Shown piece after piece: positions 10,563-21,601 of a DNA stretch of 64,000 nucleotides. Origin of the DNA: Candidatus Bathyarchaeota archaeon (GTDB lineage Archaea; Thermoproteota; Bathyarchaeia; Bathyarchaeales; Bathyarchaeaceae); contig CAVOMX010000014.1 in the NCBI GenBank assembly GCA_963697165.1, positions 69,140-133,139 of the forward strand, written 5' to 3'. Position numbers and translations under genes: made by a program. The notes below the pieces were generated by a model. That model saw nothing but the letters and a program-made list of their open reading frames with translations, was not told the DNA's origin and made no database searches. Positions within the stretch are counted from its first letter, which is position 1. Every line of letters starts with the position of its first letter.

Positions 10563-11783
10563 CTAATTGTCCAATTTCCATGTAGAAACCTTCACATTAT
10601 ATGATAAACCGTCGATAGTGACCGCCCTAAGTTCAGTAGCAACAAAATTGTGACCACTAGAATCAAGACCTTCACTAAAGGAAGTTGATGCTCCAAGGAC
10701 TCCAAGACCCCAGGGCATCGAAACACTTCCTAGTTTATTATTCCACCTATATGTAATGAATAGAAATCCTACTTCAGAAGCGGGAATTTGTGTAGTTTCA
10801 AAATCTTTAGAGCCATAATTTAGGTGACCTGTAGAATTATCTACCACAACCTGCTCTAACTGAAAGTCGGGAGTCAAAACATAAAAGGTGGCGTTATAAT
10901 TAACGCTCGGCACTGGATTTTGTGTATACTCGTGAACACCCCAGCTATGGGCAATCATAATTATTCCTTCATTGTAGTCTTTAATCAGCGGTACAACATA
11001 TTCAGGATAATCACCAATATCATCCTGAGAATAATATCCTACACCAGTAAGCCCACTTAGACGAGCATATACCATGAACTGGTATGCATCATCCTCATCA
11101 TCAATATCCTCAAATTCTAGTAGAACTGAACCTAACGAGTCAGTTTGACTAACTCCCGAATAAGGGACAATTGTAGAAGTAGAACCTCCTCCCTTGTCGA
11201 CTTGAAAAAGATAATAATTCAAGGTTGCACCACTCAAAGGATATCCTGACCCACTTACATCAACTTCAAGAGCAAGATGACCAAAACCCAGAACCTTTGA
11301 AATGCTAACGTTCACAATTGGCCTAATATCCAAACTGAAGCCATATGTCCCATTTATCCCCAGCAACTTCGAAGCCGTGGAGTAGTTTATACAATCACCC
11401 AGGGGAGTTAGTATCGAATTTCCAAAGTTTGCAGTAATATTGTTATAGAAATTACCAGAGTCAGGAGGGTATTCAACAAGTTGGCTACCAGTAGAATCAA
11501 CTCTCAATCGCATCATCGAATACGGACTAAGAGAATATCCACCAGCCACAGGATCTTGAAGACCAAAACCTAAAACAGAACTGTTTGTTGCCCCCCAATC
11601 TACAGGACTTCCAGGAGACAGACATATTGTATTCATTATATCTACGGCTTTTGTGGCAACTTGAGTGTTGGTTTCATAAGCAACTGCGCTGCTGAACATC
11701 TGATTGAAGCTGGTCATGGCAAAAAGCAATGCAGCTATAAGAATTATAAGTGATACCATGTGGTCTATTGTAGCTCCAGCCAT
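10563..11783 (-). CDS. Minor pilin-like protein
   Basis: N-terminal hydrophobic helix, SPGSPVDW...FGL motif; operon context. Confidence 0.7.
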   Translation of the reverse strand: MAGATIDHMVSLIILIAALLFAMTSFNQMFSSAVAYETNTQVATKAVDIMNTICLSPGSPVDWGATNSSVLGFGLQDPVAGGYSLSPYSMMRLRVDSTGSQLVEYPPDSGNFYNNITANFGNSILTPLGDCINYSTASKLLGINGTYGFSLDIRPIVNVSISKVLGFGHLALEVDVSGSGYPLSGATLNYYLFQVDKGGGSTSTIVPYSGVSQTDSLGSVLLEFEDIDDEDDAYQFMVYARLSGLTGVGYYSQDDIGDYPEYVVPLIKDYNEGIIMIAHSWGVHEYTQNPVPSVNYNATFYVLTPDFQLEQVVVDNSTGHLNYGSKDFETTQIPASEVGFLFITYRWNNKLGSVSMPWGLGVLGASTSFSEGLDSSGHNFVATELRAVTIDGLSYNVKVSTWKLDN

Positions 11784-12265
11784 TTAATTAACCTCCAAAA
11801 GAAAAAATAAGAGGTACTGTTAGAAAATTTTTGGACATTAATTGAAGCACCAGCAGAATTGCTCCTAAGAGTCGAATCTATCCATTCAACATTAGGACCA
11901 AGCAAAGCCGACGCCGACAAAGTGTTACCTAATTCATCCAATGTTATTGTGACAATGAGAATCTTAACCGACCCGGGTTCGGAGATGCTACTTAACGACG
12001 CCGTGGCTGTGTAAGGATAAGAAGCAACAGTTACTGGAAGTGTTGAAGCTTGATTAACGTTTCCCGCCAATATTTCATCCCGATTTACTGTCAGATAAAG
12101 CTGCTGAATAGTACTCGCTAAATGGTTTGCTACATCCTGCAAAGCAACATCCCTTTGAGAATCCTGCCAACTGGAGGTCATTGTACTCGCCACAAAAGGA
12201 AACACTATCACCTGACTGAAAAGCAAAGGAATCAAAATCACATACTCAATCGTAACACTTACCAT
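11765..12265 (-). CDS. Minor pilin-like protein (C-terminus probably frameshifted)
   Basis: TIEYVILIPLL helix; alternative frame ends ...TLIFSFGG* just before the next start. Confidence 0.65.
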   Translation of the reverse strand: MVSVTIEYVILIPLLFSQVIVFPFVASTMTSSWQDSQRDVALQDVANHLASTIQQLYLTVNRDEILAGNVNQASTLPVTVASYPYTATASLSSISEPGSVKILIVTITLDELGNTLSASALLGPNVEWIDSTLRSNSAGASINVQKFSNSTSYFFFWRLIKWLELQ

Positions 12266-12293
12266 CTATGAACTATCTCCTGTTTTGTTGTTT

Positions 12294-13178
12294 CTAGTAA
12301 TTAATTCCAAATCCAACTGACACCTCGCTTAAGTAAAGCTCCAAAACCACATTGTCGAACCCGGAAGTTGGAACTGGAATATCCTCAGAATCAAAGGGAA
12401 AATTGAAGAATGTGGAATTGAAATTCTCGGGTGAATCTTCTCGAGGAAAATCAACACTAACAGTTATGCCTGTAACGCTGTCTATAGTGTTGGCCGTGAA
12501 AGAGTCCCCAGTTAAAGTAAGGGATTGAGAAAATCTTGGCGATTCTCCTGCACTAAGAACCGGGAGGTACATTCTAACATAGTATGTTGAACCTAAAGAA
12601 GTGTTAATGGAAGAATAAAGAACTCTAACTGCCGGGGCTACAACCACTCGTATGTAACTTCCGTCAGCCATAGGCAACTTTTCAACAGCAAACACGCGGG
12701 CGACCGGAGCAGAAGTACCCTTCAATGTAAGAGATTCGTTTTGAAGTGGAGAGATGTTTTCCCAGTAATCATTGGTTATAGTGTACTTAGAAGTTGGAAG
12801 ATTAAAGAGGAGAGCTCCAGTCTCAATAGTAAAGTCATGATATGGCACATCATTACGTTCAACAGAAACTGTGTAACGTAGTACCGATGGTTCAAACACA
12901 ACTTCACCATACTGGCTCGCGTAATTTGTCGTCTCAGTACGTCCCATAGTCCAAGATACATCGTCTATTTGAAGACCTACAGTCTGCATCAACTGTTTTG
13001 AAGAGTTAAAGTCGCCTTCCGCAACTCTGGCCCACAAGAAATTGTTTGCAAAAACCACAGTAACGCTCAGTATAGCAATCATAGCTCCGGTCATAATTAC
13101 CGAGGAGATAACTGGACTAAGCGCCTTTTTACCTGATCCTTTTTTGTTAATCTTGCCAAACATCACTAAAGTCTCCAC
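12294..13178 (-). CDS. Type IV pilin-like protein
   Basis: KKA|LSPVISSVIMTG class III signal. Confidence 0.8.
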   Translation of the reverse strand: METLVMFGKINKKGSGKKALSPVISSVIMTGAMIAILSVTVVFANNFLWARVAEGDFNSSKQLMQTVGLQIDDVSWTMGRTETTNYASQYGEVVFEPSVLRYTVSVERNDVPYHDFTIETGALLFNLPTSKYTITNDYWENISPLQNESLTLKGTSAPVARVFAVEKLPMADGSYIRVVVAPAVRVLYSSINTSLGSTYYVRMYLPVLSAGESPRFSQSLTLTGDSFTANTIDSVTGITVSVDFPREDSPENFNSTFFNFPFDSEDIPVPTSGFDNVVLELYLSEVSVGFGINY

Positions 13179-13190
13179 CTATTTTTCCTC

Positions 13191-14879
13191 CTAACCCAGT
13201 AACGCCGGAACAACCTTTGATGCAACGATGGCAATAAGGACCAGCAATGCAGCATGCTTGAAACCAGCAGCCAAAGACTCTTCACTGATTTTTCCACAAA
13301 CCAATCCAATCAAGTAACAGTGGGTAATTACTGACACAGTAAAGATCAGACTAAGCATGCTTGTGTCGGTGGAGGTAGCCACAGCCTCACCACCCATAGC
13401 AATTGTATTGGTAGTGAAAAGAAGAGTCATGAGAGTTGTTGATACTAGCAATATAGCACCGAAGTAGGGCATGATCATGTAAGGTCTAACGCTCATCTTC
13501 TTCTCTTTCTCAACTTCTTGAGTCATGTTGTTGAATCTTGCAAGAGACTCAATCATTGATATTGTACCGCCCCCCACATCAACCGCTTCCAAGAGCAAAA
13601 ACATTACAATCTGGGACATCCAACTCTTGGTTTTCTTCACAAAATCCATGATAACTTTTCTCATGGGAATACCCCAACCAATATCAGAGGACATCTTCCG
13701 CAATTCATTAGAGAATGCCCCGTAATCCCTACCCGAAAGATTCGAAATACACGCTTCTGGAGAAAGCCCAGTCTTTCGAGTTTCGGTTAGGTCCCTAAGA
13801 AAGTTGGATATACCCTTCTCCATGCTCGCTTTTCTACCCGCAATCTTTTGGTGCACAAGAGCGGGAGGCACAACAGAGACTATCAAAGTGATAGAAACCG
13901 CGATTGGCAGATCAACAAGATTTTGGAACGGTGTTGGGATCATGCCAAAGAATCCGGTGAGAAGCATTAGAATTAGAACTCCTATAGCTGACGAGATAGC
14001 ATACACCTTGTAGGGCCTATTCTCGCTGAGTGGACTTTTTGGTTGCATGCCGTGAGCCATCCATATGAAAACAATAGAGAGCAGAGGAGTGAAAACGTAT
14101 GTATACATAATCACTCCGGAATTCATGTCCAGTCCTGTGCTGTATATAGCCTCGACACTGAAAAGTATGTACATACAGAGGGACATGAGAACCATTACAA
14201 TGATAAATGATTCCAGAAGCATACCCATACGCTCGGCAGCAGCCTTAACCTTCATTGATCCTGCCTTGAAGATTTCCTGCGCCTTTGTTTCAAGGAAGTG
14301 AATAACGTCACCACCTATAATAACTGTAGAAGCATATCCCGAAATGAAATCTCTAAAGATATCCAACGGATTGTACTTAGCCATTTTTTCCAGAGCACTA
14401 AGCGGGTCTACCCCAAAAATTTCCACATCACGGATTAGAGCTCTAGCTTCTCTACGTGTAGAAGGCAACAATTCAACACCTGTAAGGCGTTTAAAACTCA
14501 TGTAAGGGGGTATACCTCCTGACGCCATGACAGTAACGTATGTTGCTGCGAAAGGCATCTCCCGATCCAAGGCACTAGCCCGTTCGCCGGCTTTTGAACT
14601 AGGAACAACCAGGAAACCAATCATAACATAGATTGGCATTGGCACCAAAAAAATAAGAAAGAGAATTTTGGTAAAGTATACGAGAACAAGTGCTGCGATG
14701 GATATAGGTATAGTTAGTGTGGCCATCAAAAACATTAAGGAAATGTAAGTTTCAGGATAGATTTTGATTCCTGCTTTCGCTAAGTGACCCTTAAACTCGA
14801 AGACTCCATTTAGGAACTTTGGAGCAATACCGCCGAAAAGGCGGTAGGAAACTCCTTCAAGAGTTTTTAATAGGGGCAT
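13191..14879 (-). CDS. Type IV pilus/T2SS membrane platform protein (TadC/ArlJ-like, two T2SSF domains)
   Basis: LDREMPFA...MASGG and FLRDLTETRKTG repeats; multiple TMs. Confidence 0.9.
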   Translation of the reverse strand: MPLLKTLEGVSYRLFGGIAPKFLNGVFEFKGHLAKAGIKIYPETYISLMFLMATLTIPISIAALVLVYFTKILFLIFLVPMPIYVMIGFLVVPSSKAGERASALDREMPFAATYVTVMASGGIPPYMSFKRLTGVELLPSTRREARALIRDVEIFGVDPLSALEKMAKYNPLDIFRDFISGYASTVIIGGDVIHFLETKAQEIFKAGSMKVKAAAERMGMLLESFIIVMVLMSLCMYILFSVEAIYSTGLDMNSGVIMYTYVFTPLLSIVFIWMAHGMQPKSPLSENRPYKVYAISSAIGVLILMLLTGFFGMIPTPFQNLVDLPIAVSITLIVSVVPPALVHQKIAGRKASMEKGISNFLRDLTETRKTGLSPEACISNLSGRDYGAFSNELRKMSSDIGWGIPMRKVIMDFVKKTKSWMSQIVMFLLLEAVDVGGGTISMIESLARFNNMTQEVEKEKKMSVRPYMIMPYFGAILLVSTTLMTLLFTTNTIAMGGEAVATSTDTSMLSLIFTVSVITHCYLIGLVCGKISEESLAAGFKHAALLVLIAIVASKVVPALLG

Positions 14880-16479
14880 CAGCTAAAACCTCCTTCGCGT
14901 AGAACTCTTCAGGTTTGGAGTTGTATTCGGTTATGACCCCCGCAACATCTTTGTAACTTCTAATGTTACGTTCCCGCATCCAACGCAACACGTTCTCTCG
15001 ACGTTTCATCTCGTCCATCAATTCTTTCCAAGATATCCCTCTACTTTCGGTTATGGCATTAAGCATTATACCGTTTTTTAAATGGGAATCATGAATGTCA
15101 CCAGCGGCTTTCCATTTGAAAGTGTTTCTGTAATCCTCGTAATCTGCAATTTCGTCCACAGAAAGTATTCTTCGGTAAGCGGTCATTTCACCAGTTTTCG
15201 ACTGGGGCAAGTGTACTCTCTGAATGGATGCAACAACGTTCATAAGAGGCATGTATGCAGGTGCGATGTCCATTGGCTTCTGGATCAAACGCTTGACAGC
15301 TGATTCTATAGAATCTGCGTGCATGGTAGCCATACCACCGTGCCCCGTTGCCAAGGCTTGGAACAAGGTATATGCTTCGCTACCTCGAATCTCACCAACT
15401 ACAATCAAATCTGGACGGTGTCTCATCGAGGTCTTAACTAGATCGAAGAGTGTTACTTCTCCGGTGAGGTTTTCTCCTAGACCATAACTTCTCCTCGCGA
15501 TAAGTGATACCCAGTTTTCATGAGGTAGATTAAGTTCTGCGGTTTCCTCAATTGTGATTATCTTGCTGCCCGGCTTAACCAAGCAGGCCACGGCGTTTAG
15601 GAATGTTGTTTTTCCGGAGGCTGTTCCGCCTAGCACCATGAGGGAGGCTCTGTTCTCTAGACAAGTCCAGAAATAGGCTGCCATTTCCTCGGATAGGGTG
15701 CCCAGGTTTATTAGATCAATAATTGAGTAGGGATCATCTCGGAACTTCCTAATGGTGAAAGCTGTCCCGAACGGTGTTACTTCACGTCTGTAACAGACAG
15801 CGAGTCTGTGTTTTCCGGGTAAAGATGCGTCAACTATTGGGAAGGCTGAGCTTACGTGCTTTCCAGCCATGTGAACCAGTTTAACCACGGCATCGTCTAC
15901 TTCTTGATCGTCGTGAAAGACCAAATTTGTTTCAAGGTTCTCATATTTTCTGTGCCAAATGTAGACGGGCTTTTCGACACCGTCACATGAAATATCTTCT
16001 ATGTTTTGGTCTCTCATCAAGGCGTCGATTGTGCCAAAACCGACAAGGTTTCGTTGAGCGTGATAAAGGATTTTGGACCAAGAAACGTCAGGTAACCAAC
16101 CTAAACTAATTCGGTATTTGCCAACGATCTTTTCAGCTTCAGTAACAAAGAATTGTCGAGGGTCATCGATTTCGTGTTCGGGTGAAGCAATCTCAGCTAG
16201 AAGGATGTCTAATATTCGGTCGTACACGTTTCGTTCTAGTATGTCTAAACGGAGTTCATCTAGAATGTATTTGTACTCACCGCTTACGGAGTTTCGGGCA
16301 ATTGCTGCGTGAGCGAAGGGTTCGTATAGTGGGTACCTTTCAACGATTTTGTAACCCCTTTCCAATGGTCTTGGGGGAGGTGTTGGAGGTATTGCTTTTA
16401 GTTTAGTTTTTTTAAAAACTCTACCTGCAGACTTTAGTCCTGATGTAACTTTCTCATTAAATCCCTTTATCCGTTGCAT
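14857..16479 (-). CDS. Type IV pilus assembly ATPase (VirB11/TadA/ArlI family)
   Basis: GGTASGKTT Walker A, TIEETAEL, RHRPDLIVVGEIRG, ATGHGGMATMHA. Confidence 0.95.
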   Translation of the reverse strand: MQRIKGFNEKVTSGLKSAGRVFKKTKLKAIPPTPPPRPLERGYKIVERYPLYEPFAHAAIARNSVSGEYKYILDELRLDILERNVYDRILDILLAEIASPEHEIDDPRQFFVTEAEKIVGKYRISLGWLPDVSWSKILYHAQRNLVGFGTIDALMRDQNIEDISCDGVEKPVYIWHRKYENLETNLVFHDDQEVDDAVVKLVHMAGKHVSSAFPIVDASLPGKHRLAVCYRREVTPFGTAFTIRKFRDDPYSIIDLINLGTLSEEMAAYFWTCLENRASLMVLGGTASGKTTFLNAVACLVKPGSKIITIEETAELNLPHENWVSLIARRSYGLGENLTGEVTLFDLVKTSMRHRPDLIVVGEIRGSEAYTLFQALATGHGGMATMHADSIESAVKRLIQKPMDIAPAYMPLMNVVASIQRVHLPQSKTGEMTAYRRILSVDEIADYEDYRNTFKWKAAGDIHDSHLKNGIMLNAITESRGISWKELMDEMKRRENVLRWMRERNIRSYKDVAGVITEYNSKPEEFYAKEVLADAPIKNS

Positions 16480-16692
16480 TGGGAGCTCACATATACAGTA
16501 GGATTTGCAACTAAGTATTAAATCTTGTGTCTCAATAAAGCATAGTATAAATAAAGTATTTACAAGTCAAACCAACACACTCCAGCAACACCACACAAAA
16601 ACAGTAACCAAAAAGAAGCCTAATGTTGGGAAGCCTAAAAACTGGGCATACATGCAATCTCCATTAGCTTCAAATCAAAAAAAGCATTCGTG

Positions 16693-17190
16693 TTACTTAG
16701 CCTCAAAACAACAGCAGCGTCTGCTCCACTCCAAAGAGCCACCGATCACAATAACCTCCTCATCCGTTCTGATAAGACCTGCATCAGCCGCCATGCAAGC
16801 AATCTCGCATCTAACCTTCACAACCTGACAGAAGAGACGAAGAACACCGGTAACAATTAGGTCAATTTGAATGCCTCCAAACTTTTTGTTGACAGCTCTC
16901 CCTAGGGAACCAAATGCATGTGCCGATGTCATGATTTTCGCGCCGCTATTTTCAATAATGTTGCGGTTCTTGGAACTGAGTTGTTGAACGTCAGGTTTTG
17001 TGAATCTAGTAAAACGTATTACCCCCCACCAGAGTGTAACCTTTGAAAATCTGGGAGGCTTTAACTCCTGTTTCACCGGTAGAATAAGCCACAACAATGC
17101 TTTTTATGTCAACTTTTTCAGCCCACTCTTTTGCTAATTTGAGGGCTTCCTCAGTGTTTTCAGGACCATGATTCTCAAAATAAACAATCT
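16693..17190 (-). pseudogene. Pyruvate kinase alpha/beta-domain protein (MTH1675-like), disrupted
   Basis: IVYFENHGPENTEEALKLA...VVAYSTGETG in one frame, then frameshift to ...EIACMAADAGLI; no clean start, degenerate end. Confidence 0.75.
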
Positions 17191-17427
17191 ACAAATGATG
17201 TTCGTTACACCAAACAGCTTCAATCAACTTTTTTCGACGTGAAAATGCAATAATAGTAAACCAAGCGAACCCATATCTGTTATAAACGTGTAAACAGTTG
17301 TTCTGCTGGTTTTCTGTTTCAGAACATATCAAATTTATAAACGTGGCAGGCGATTTTATCTGAAAGGCGCTGTGGAATGAAGACAAGTTTCATCCGTTCC
17401 TCTTTGAGATTAAGTGTGGTTTAGGAT

Positions 17428-18513
17428 TTGGTTTACGCCGAAAAAAACGAAGTCTTTAGCATCCAGACAATAAATCTGACTAAAAGATTTGTCAAAAAAA
17501 AGCATAGGGGTGTTTTCGGTGTTCTACGAAGAAATCAATCGAAGAATAACCATAAAGAAAACGATCATGTTACAATAGCCTTGAACCAAATCAACATCGA
17601 AATTCGTCCCGGAGAACTTTTTGGGCTTCTTGGACCAAACGGATCTGGAAAAACTACAATGATTAAATGCTTATCCACAATCTTGATTCCAGACGAAGGC
17701 ACTGCCATAGTGAACGGTTTTGACATCAACAAAGAAACAACCATGGTCAGAGCGAGTTTGGGAATGGTTGTGGGTGGGGAGAGAACATTATATTGGAAAC
17801 TTACAGCCAGAGACAACCTCATGTACTTCGCTTCATTGTACAAAATGCAAAAAAAACACGCAAAAGAAAGAACTGAGGAACTCCTAGAAACTTTTCAGCT
17901 CTCTGACAGGGCAGACGAGAGGCTTGAGGACTATAGCACAGGCATGCGGCAAAAAGTCTCGATAGCTCGAGCACTACTTCATGATCCATCGATTCTGCTG
18001 TTGGATGAACCCACCTTAGGTTTAGACCCAAATTTTTCGAGACAGATTCGCAGTCAAATAAAAGAGCTTTCAGAGAAACGCGGAAAAACGATTCTTTTGA
18101 CCACACACTACATGGACGAAGCAGACCAATTGTGTGATCGTGTAGCATTCATAAACAACGGCAACATAGTCGCAGTTGACACACCAAACAAGCTCAAGTC
18201 CATGGTAAAAGAGACAGAGCTAGTAGAGGTTACTGTTTATCGTCCACCTGTAGACATTGAAAAGCATATCCATTCCCTGTTGCCAGACGTAGAAGTTGTC
18301 AAGCTTATTCCCGGCGATGAAGGTGAAGGATGTCCTTCGAGAATTAAGGTAATCGGAGGAACCGCAGAAGAACATGTGGGAACAATAATTGATGCTCTTA
18401 GACAGAAGAACGTTCGAATTGGCAGTTTAAACGTTGGTGTGCCTACACTCGAGGATGTCTTCATCAAGTTAACCGGCACAAAACTCACGGAGGACGAATG
18501 CAATAGATGCTAA
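17428..18513 (+). CDS. ABC-2 exporter ATP-binding subunit
   Basis: GPNGSGKT, YSTGMRQ, LLLDEPT, TTH. Confidence 0.93.
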   Translation: MVYAEKNEVFSIQTINLTKRFVKKKHRGVFGVLRRNQSKNNHKENDHVTIALNQINIEIRPGELFGLLGPNGSGKTTMIKCLSTILIPDEGTAIVNGFDINKETTMVRASLGMVVGGERTLYWKLTARDNLMYFASLYKMQKKHAKERTEELLETFQLSDRADERLEDYSTGMRQKVSIARALLHDPSILLLDEPTLGLDPNFSRQIRSQIKELSEKRGKTILLTTHYMDEADQLCDRVAFINNGNIVAVDTPNKLKSMVKETELVEVTVYRPPVDIEKHIHSLLPDVEVVKLIPGDEGEGCPSRIKVIGGTAEEHVGTIIDALRQKNVRIGSLNVGVPTLEDVFIKLTGTKLTEDECNRC

Positions 18514-19361
18514 AAAGCGTCTATCATCAGTCTCCGTTACGAAGCAACTTCTACATTGTCTGGAACGAACTAGTTAAAAACATAAAGTCTCTGCTGGCAT
18601 ATCCAACAATCATAGTTTTCTGGGCTATATTTCCCATTTTCTGGTTTATTCCATTCATTCTTCAGGGGCAAGCTTTTGTAGGAGGTTTAGAGAGCTCAAA
18701 TTTTGCACAAATCGCTGGCACTGGAGAATACATTCCTTTCATTGTTATAGGCGCAGTCCTCAACAGTTACGTAAACACTCTACTTCATGGCATGGGAGAA
18801 AACATAAGACGTGAATCATACCAAGGAACCTTGGACTACATACTCGCAGCTCCATGTAACAAGGCTTATGTACTAATTGGAAAAGCCCTAAGTGAAAGCG
18901 TATCCAGCACAATCTTCGCCGCTAGCCAACTTGCCATCTCCGTAATCCTTTTTGGAATGAACATAACTTTGGGAATGATACTTCCGGTATTTTTCATAGT
19001 TATTCTGCTTATATTGGGATTGTATGGCATGTCCCTAATGTTGGCTGCTTTATCTCTCATGTACAAACAATCTTATGACATCGCAGATAGCATTGGATAT
19101 GTTTTTTACATTTTTGCTCCTGTACGCTATCCGATTGAGAGCCTACCAACTTGGGCGCAAATCTTCAGCAAGCTCATTCCTCTTACGTACGCGCTCATTA
19201 TTGTGAGAAGCATCATGCTTCTAGGAGCAAACTTTTCAACAATCTACGTGGATGTTATAGCGCTCATAATCATTGATATCGTCTTGTTAATCGCTGGCTT
19301 CTACCTGTTCAGTTGGATAGAGAAGAAAACGAAGATATCTGGAACAATAAGCCATCACTAA
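18507..19361 (+). CDS. ABC-2 exporter permease
   Basis: Six TMs; ESYQGTLD motif. Confidence 0.88.
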   Translation: MLKSVYHQSPLRSNFYIVWNELVKNIKSLLAYPTIIVFWAIFPIFWFIPFILQGQAFVGGLESSNFAQIAGTGEYIPFIVIGAVLNSYVNTLLHGMGENIRRESYQGTLDYILAAPCNKAYVLIGKALSESVSSTIFAASQLAISVILFGMNITLGMILPVFFIVILLILGLYGMSLMLAALSLMYKQSYDIADSIGYVFYIFAPVRYPIESLPTWAQIFSKLIPLTYALIIVRSIMLLGANFSTIYVDVIALIIIDIVLLIAGFYLFSWIEKKTKISGTISHH

Positions 19362-19373
19362 GGAGAAAACAAA

Positions 19374-20270
19374 TTGGACAAAAACAATAAAGAATACAGG
19401 TTGCGGGAAGTCAACTGTCCAACCGGATTCAACTGGAGCAACTTAAAGGCTGAACTAGAAGCCGTCTGGGAATCCAACATCAAAGATTGGAAGATCGAGT
19501 TTGCTTACCCAGTAAGTTTCATCCGGCAACTGATTTCTCCAGTTGTATTCCTGTTGCCTTTTCTCATCTATGGCATTGTCTTAGTTGGAGAAGGAGGATA
19601 CAGCGAGAATTTGGCAAAGCTTGTGGGAACAGGAGATGTGGTAGCCTTCATCTTCACAGGCTATATGATGATAGGGTTCATTGGAACAGCCGTTTGGGCA
19701 ATGGGATTTAGCATACGAAGAGAACGTTGGTTTGGGACGTTAGAGGCAATTTACGTGACGCCTACAAGCCGATTGGTCCAAGTATTAGGGATGGCGCTAC
19801 ACAGCACAGTTCATCAAATCTTGGGCACAATCATCCAGTTAATTGTCATATACCTCACCTTCGGTTTAGCACTAAAAATGGATGGAGTATTGCCTGCTCT
19901 AGGGATTTTTGCTCTAATGATGCTTGCATTATACGGCTTTGGAATAGTAATCTCTGCCTTGGGTTTGCTTCTAAAGGAAGGGTGGGTAGTCTCTGACATT
20001 CTCTACAGCACCATGACAATTCTCTCGCCGGTAGCTTACCCGCTAATTGTGCTTCCCACCGTGGCTCAACAGGCAAGTGCCCTCTTTCCAACGGCACCAG
20101 CTCTGATTGGAATGAGAAGTTTCCTTATAGAAAATTATCGGGCAGAGGCTTTCGGCAACGTTTTCCTACACCTGTTAGTTCTGGGCGCAGCTTGGATTCT
20201 CTTTGGCGTATTTGTGTTCAAATTGACAGACAAATATGTACGAAAGAGGGGAATGCTCAACAAATTCTAA
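19374..20270 (+). CDS. ABC-2 exporter permease
   Basis: Six TMs; ERWFGTLE motif. Confidence 0.88.
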   Translation: MDKNNKEYRLREVNCPTGFNWSNLKAELEAVWESNIKDWKIEFAYPVSFIRQLISPVVFLLPFLIYGIVLVGEGGYSENLAKLVGTGDVVAFIFTGYMMIGFIGTAVWAMGFSIRRERWFGTLEAIYVTPTSRLVQVLGMALHSTVHQILGTIIQLIVIYLTFGLALKMDGVLPALGIFALMMLALYGFGIVISALGLLLKEGWVVSDILYSTMTILSPVAYPLIVLPTVAQQASALFPTAPALIGMRSFLIENYRAEAFGNVFLHLLVLGAAWILFGVFVFKLTDKYVRKRGMLNKF

Positions 20271-20314
20271 CCATCATAAAAACAAGAGGATAAGAACAAA
20301 CGGGGGGTGTTTAG

Positions 20315-20914
20315 ATGATACGTGTCTGCTATCAAAAAAGAAAGAACATTTGGTTTGGTGCAGCGGTTCAGAATGAACAGGTTGTTGCCGCTGACTTTTC
20401 CCTTGAAGAACCAGATTTGAGGCAACTAATAAGAAAGCTTCCACAGGATACTCCGTTTCATTTTATTGAAGAACCTGATCAGTTTCTAGCAGATGTTCTG
20501 AGCGCTTTGGAGACGGCTTTCAACGGAAAGGGCAACAAAGTCTATGGGTTCAAAATAGACATGACTCATCTTTCCAGTTACACACGAAAGGTGCTTAACT
20601 GCACGCGTCTGGTTCCTGTTGGATACGTGACAACATATGGTAACTTGGGCAAGGTTGCTGGTGGAATTGCAAGATCGGTGGGGCGCGTTGAGGCATCAAA
20701 TCCGTTTCCTTTGTTGATTCCCTGCCATAGGGTTGTGTGTTCTGATTTGAGTTTAGGCGGCTACGGATACGGAGAGCAGACAAAGAGGGAAATTCTTCAA
20801 CGGGAAGAAAGAGGCTACGAAGAGTCAAAAAGACTAAAAGTGGATGACAGGGAACTGGTTCTGTTTCCAGCAAAATGGGTTAAACAAAAACATGGAGAGC
20901 TTTTAAGAGGCTAA
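20315..20914 (+). CDS. ogt: Methylated-DNA--protein-cysteine methyltransferase
   Basis: NPFPLLIPCHRVV active site. Confidence 0.9.
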   Translation: MIRVCYQKRKNIWFGAAVQNEQVVAADFSLEEPDLRQLIRKLPQDTPFHFIEEPDQFLADVLSALETAFNGKGNKVYGFKIDMTHLSSYTRKVLNCTRLVPVGYVTTYGNLGKVAGGIARSVGRVEASNPFPLLIPCHRVVCSDLSLGGYGYGEQTKREILQREERGYEESKRLKVDDRELVLFPAKWVKQKHGELLRG

Positions 20915-20962
20915 GGAACATCATATACACCAATAAAGGTTTAGGCTCTTCAGTGGGGAAAA

Positions 20963-21490
20963 ATGGTGAAACGCGGGGTCTTTGTGGGAAGATTTCAGCC
21001 ATTTCACAATGGACATTTGGAAGTTATAAAAAAAATTGTGGAAGATGTTGACGAACTTGTTATAATTGTTGGGAGTGCCCAGTACAGCCACAGGCTAGAT
21101 AATCCATTTACTGCAGGCGAACGCATCACCATGATACGAAAAGCCCTAGAAGAAGAGGGCATCCAGTTGTCAAAAATTTGGATCATACCGGTGCCGGACG
21201 TCCATCAACACTCACTCTGGGTCGCCCAAATTGTTGGTTACTCCCCAAAATTTCATTTTGTCTACGCTAACGAGCCGTTAACTAGTAGACTCTTTATCGA
21301 AGCTGGATTCAAAGTCGAGCCAATGCCGCTCATAAAGCGGGAGATTTACGGGGCTACAGAAATTCGGAAAGGCATGATTGCTGGAGAAAAATGGGAAGAA
21401 CGTGTCCCAAGGAGCGTTGCCAACTTCATAAAAGAGATAGAGGGCGACGTGAGGCTTAGGGACCTTAATAAAACTGACAAAGTGAACTAA
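20963..21490 (+). CDS. nadM: Nicotinamide-nucleotide adenylyltransferase
   Basis: GRFQPFHNGH, NPFTAGER. Confidence 0.93.
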   Translation: MVKRGVFVGRFQPFHNGHLEVIKKIVEDVDELVIIVGSAQYSHRLDNPFTAGERITMIRKALEEEGIQLSKIWIIPVPDVHQHSLWVAQIVGYSPKFHFVYANEPLTSRLFIEAGFKVEPMPLIKREIYGATEIRKGMIAGEKWEERVPRSVANFIKEIEGDVRLRDLNKTDKVN

Positions 21491-21601
21491 AGTTTTGCTT
21501 CATTTTAGAACCGAATAAGCCAATGGTGTCTTGGTCCAAGAGCAGTTAGCAATTCACTGACAACAAAAACGGAACATCAAGGTATACATAAATACGTCGG
21601 G

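Noticed and set aside
5560..16479. Archaellum operon
   Set aside because: No arlH/arlF/arlG or chemotaxis genes; pilin-type subunits instead
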